From Oopsacas minuta (taxonomy: Eukaryota > Animalia > Porifera), in contig JAKMXF010000074.1 in NCBI GenBank assembly GCA_024704765.1, positions 1 through 34,473 of the forward strand: a DNA stretch of 34,473 bases, written 5' to 3'. The notes below the pieces were generated by a model that did not search any database, was not told the origin of the DNA, and saw only the letters and a program-made list of their open reading frames with translations. Shown piece after piece: positions 33,323 to 34,473 of the stretch (positions are counted from its first letter, which is position 1; every line of letters begins with the position of its first letter). The position numbers were made by a program, and so were the translations under genes.

Positions 33323-34007
33323 TCTATATTATTAAATCTTAATGATTGTTTGTCCGTTGTCAATGAAAGGATTTATGGTATGCAATTTTGAAATTGTCGC
33401 AAAACTATGTATTAATCGTGTTTATCAAGGAAGTAAATAGAATTCAATAAAACGTCACTAAATATATCAAACATGCTGAATCCGATTTTCACACTTTTGG
33501 ATTAATCATATGTAATTTTATTTGTTGTTTTTATGAATATAAAGTAAACAAATTATCCAAATCTCAAAATACACGAACAGGCTTGCTCTAAACGGCTACA
33601 TAGGGGTAACTAAGTACGCTGAATCCGAATTTCGCATTTTCAAGTTTCTCATATGTAAATTTTTTGTTTTTTTATGAATATAAAGTAAACAAATTTCAAA
33701 ATTGTTGTAGAATCATATTGTCAACGACTATACTGAGGTAATCGAGTATGCTGAGTCCGAATATGGTATTGTAAACAATATATCGTGAATATTTGTTTAC
33801 TTTCAGGTACATAAAGTAACAAATTTCAAAATTGAGGTAAAATCATATTTTCAAAGACCATACTGGGGTACTCAAGTATGCTGAGTCTGAATATTGTAAA
33901 CAACAATATTATTAAATCTCAATTGTTGTTTGTCTGTTTGTTTGTCCATTGAATACCTCGAGGCGCAATGCGCCGAGTTCATCGCGAAGCGACGAGCCAA
34001 AGGCTCG
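33323..34007 (+). mobile_element. Non-autonomous Helitron-like element (~685 bp) with internal ~130-143 bp tandem repeats
   Basis: 5' end A|TCTATATTATTAAATCT followed by GTTTGTCC. Four GCTGA(A/G)TC(C/T)GA units at 33474, 33617, 33749 and 33879. 3' GC-rich hairpins end in CTCG|T, placing the element between A and T with no TSD. Confidence 0.6.
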
Positions 34008-34120
34008 TATTAATCATATTTTAATGATGTAATTTTTTCAAAACCGATAAATACATTATGTATTTTTCTTTCATCAAGCTATTTTGGACTACTTAATTAC
34101 GTATTTTGATTGGAAAGATA

Positions 34121-34271
34121 CAGTGCAATCTCGATTATCCGAAGTTGATTAAATTTATTTCGAACTTCAATCATCCTAAAATGCCCCTGGTCCCAGTCCC
34201 CATTCCACGACCTCGGTTATCCGGACGCTTTTTACCAGTCCCAAAGAGTTCGGATAATCGAGGTTGTATTG
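34121..34271. mobile_element. 151 bp Tigger/pogo-like MITE
   Basis: TA|CAGTGCAATCTCGATTATCCGAA ... TTCGGATAATCGAGGTTGTATTG|TA. Confidence 0.8.
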
Positions 34272-34291
34272 TAAACGAATTCATGCATCAG

Positions 34292-34473
34292 TATATAAAT
34301 ATCATGTATTATATAAATATCATGTATTATATAAATATCATGTATTATATAAATATCATGTATTATATAAATATCATGTATTAGATAAATATCATGTATT
34401 ATATAAATATCATGTATTATATAAATATCATGTATTATATAAATATCATGTATTATATAAATATCATGTATTA
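34292..34473. repeat. 18 bp minisatellite (TATATAAATATCATGTAT)n, at least 10 copies, runs off the window
   Basis: Direct tandem copies; one copy has an A>G variant near 34383. Confidence 0.95.

Noticed and set aside
34106-34384. 92 aa ORF ending in (YINIMY)n
   Set aside because: It is a chance frame through a MITE and an 18 bp stop-free minisatellite.
34292-34473. Possible CRISPR array
   Set aside because: The repeats are directly adjacent with no unique spacers, there are no cas genes, and the context is eukaryotic.
1-34473. rRNA, tRNA, or prokaryotic operon/defence-island interpretation
   Set aside because: No conserved rRNA or tRNA structure was seen. Spliceosomal introns and animal gene families show the DNA is eukaryotic.

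Overview
AT-rich eukaryotic (animal) genomic DNA with short GT-AG introns, not a prokaryotic locus. The gene families and compactness suggest a sponge, possibly a glass sponge; this is inference only. Host genes: (1) an 18-exon acetyl-CoA synthetase (ACSS2-like, minus strand, 2782-14177), reconstructed by hand with every splice phase consistent. Its 5.2 kb intron 11 contains (2) an intronless, membrane-anchored septin/AIG1-like GTPase on the opposite strand. Also present are (3) an intronless 567 aa protein with a caspase-fold/SEFIR/DEATH architecture and apparently dead catalytic residues, the most unusual item here; (4) an intronless MYBBP1A/Pol5-like gene; (5) a B4GALNT3/4-like PA14 + glycosyltransferase gene interrupted by one in-frame TAG; and (6) an NHL-repeat ORF. 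Between the genes is a dense set of DNA-transposon derivatives: a DD37E Tc1-like element carrying an internal inverted duplication, a 914 bp foldback element, an internally deleted Ginger2 element with TIRs and TSD, integrase, Ulp1, MULE and mariner remnants, several MITEs and Helitron-like elements. All family assignments come from motif recognition by eye; no database searches were run.
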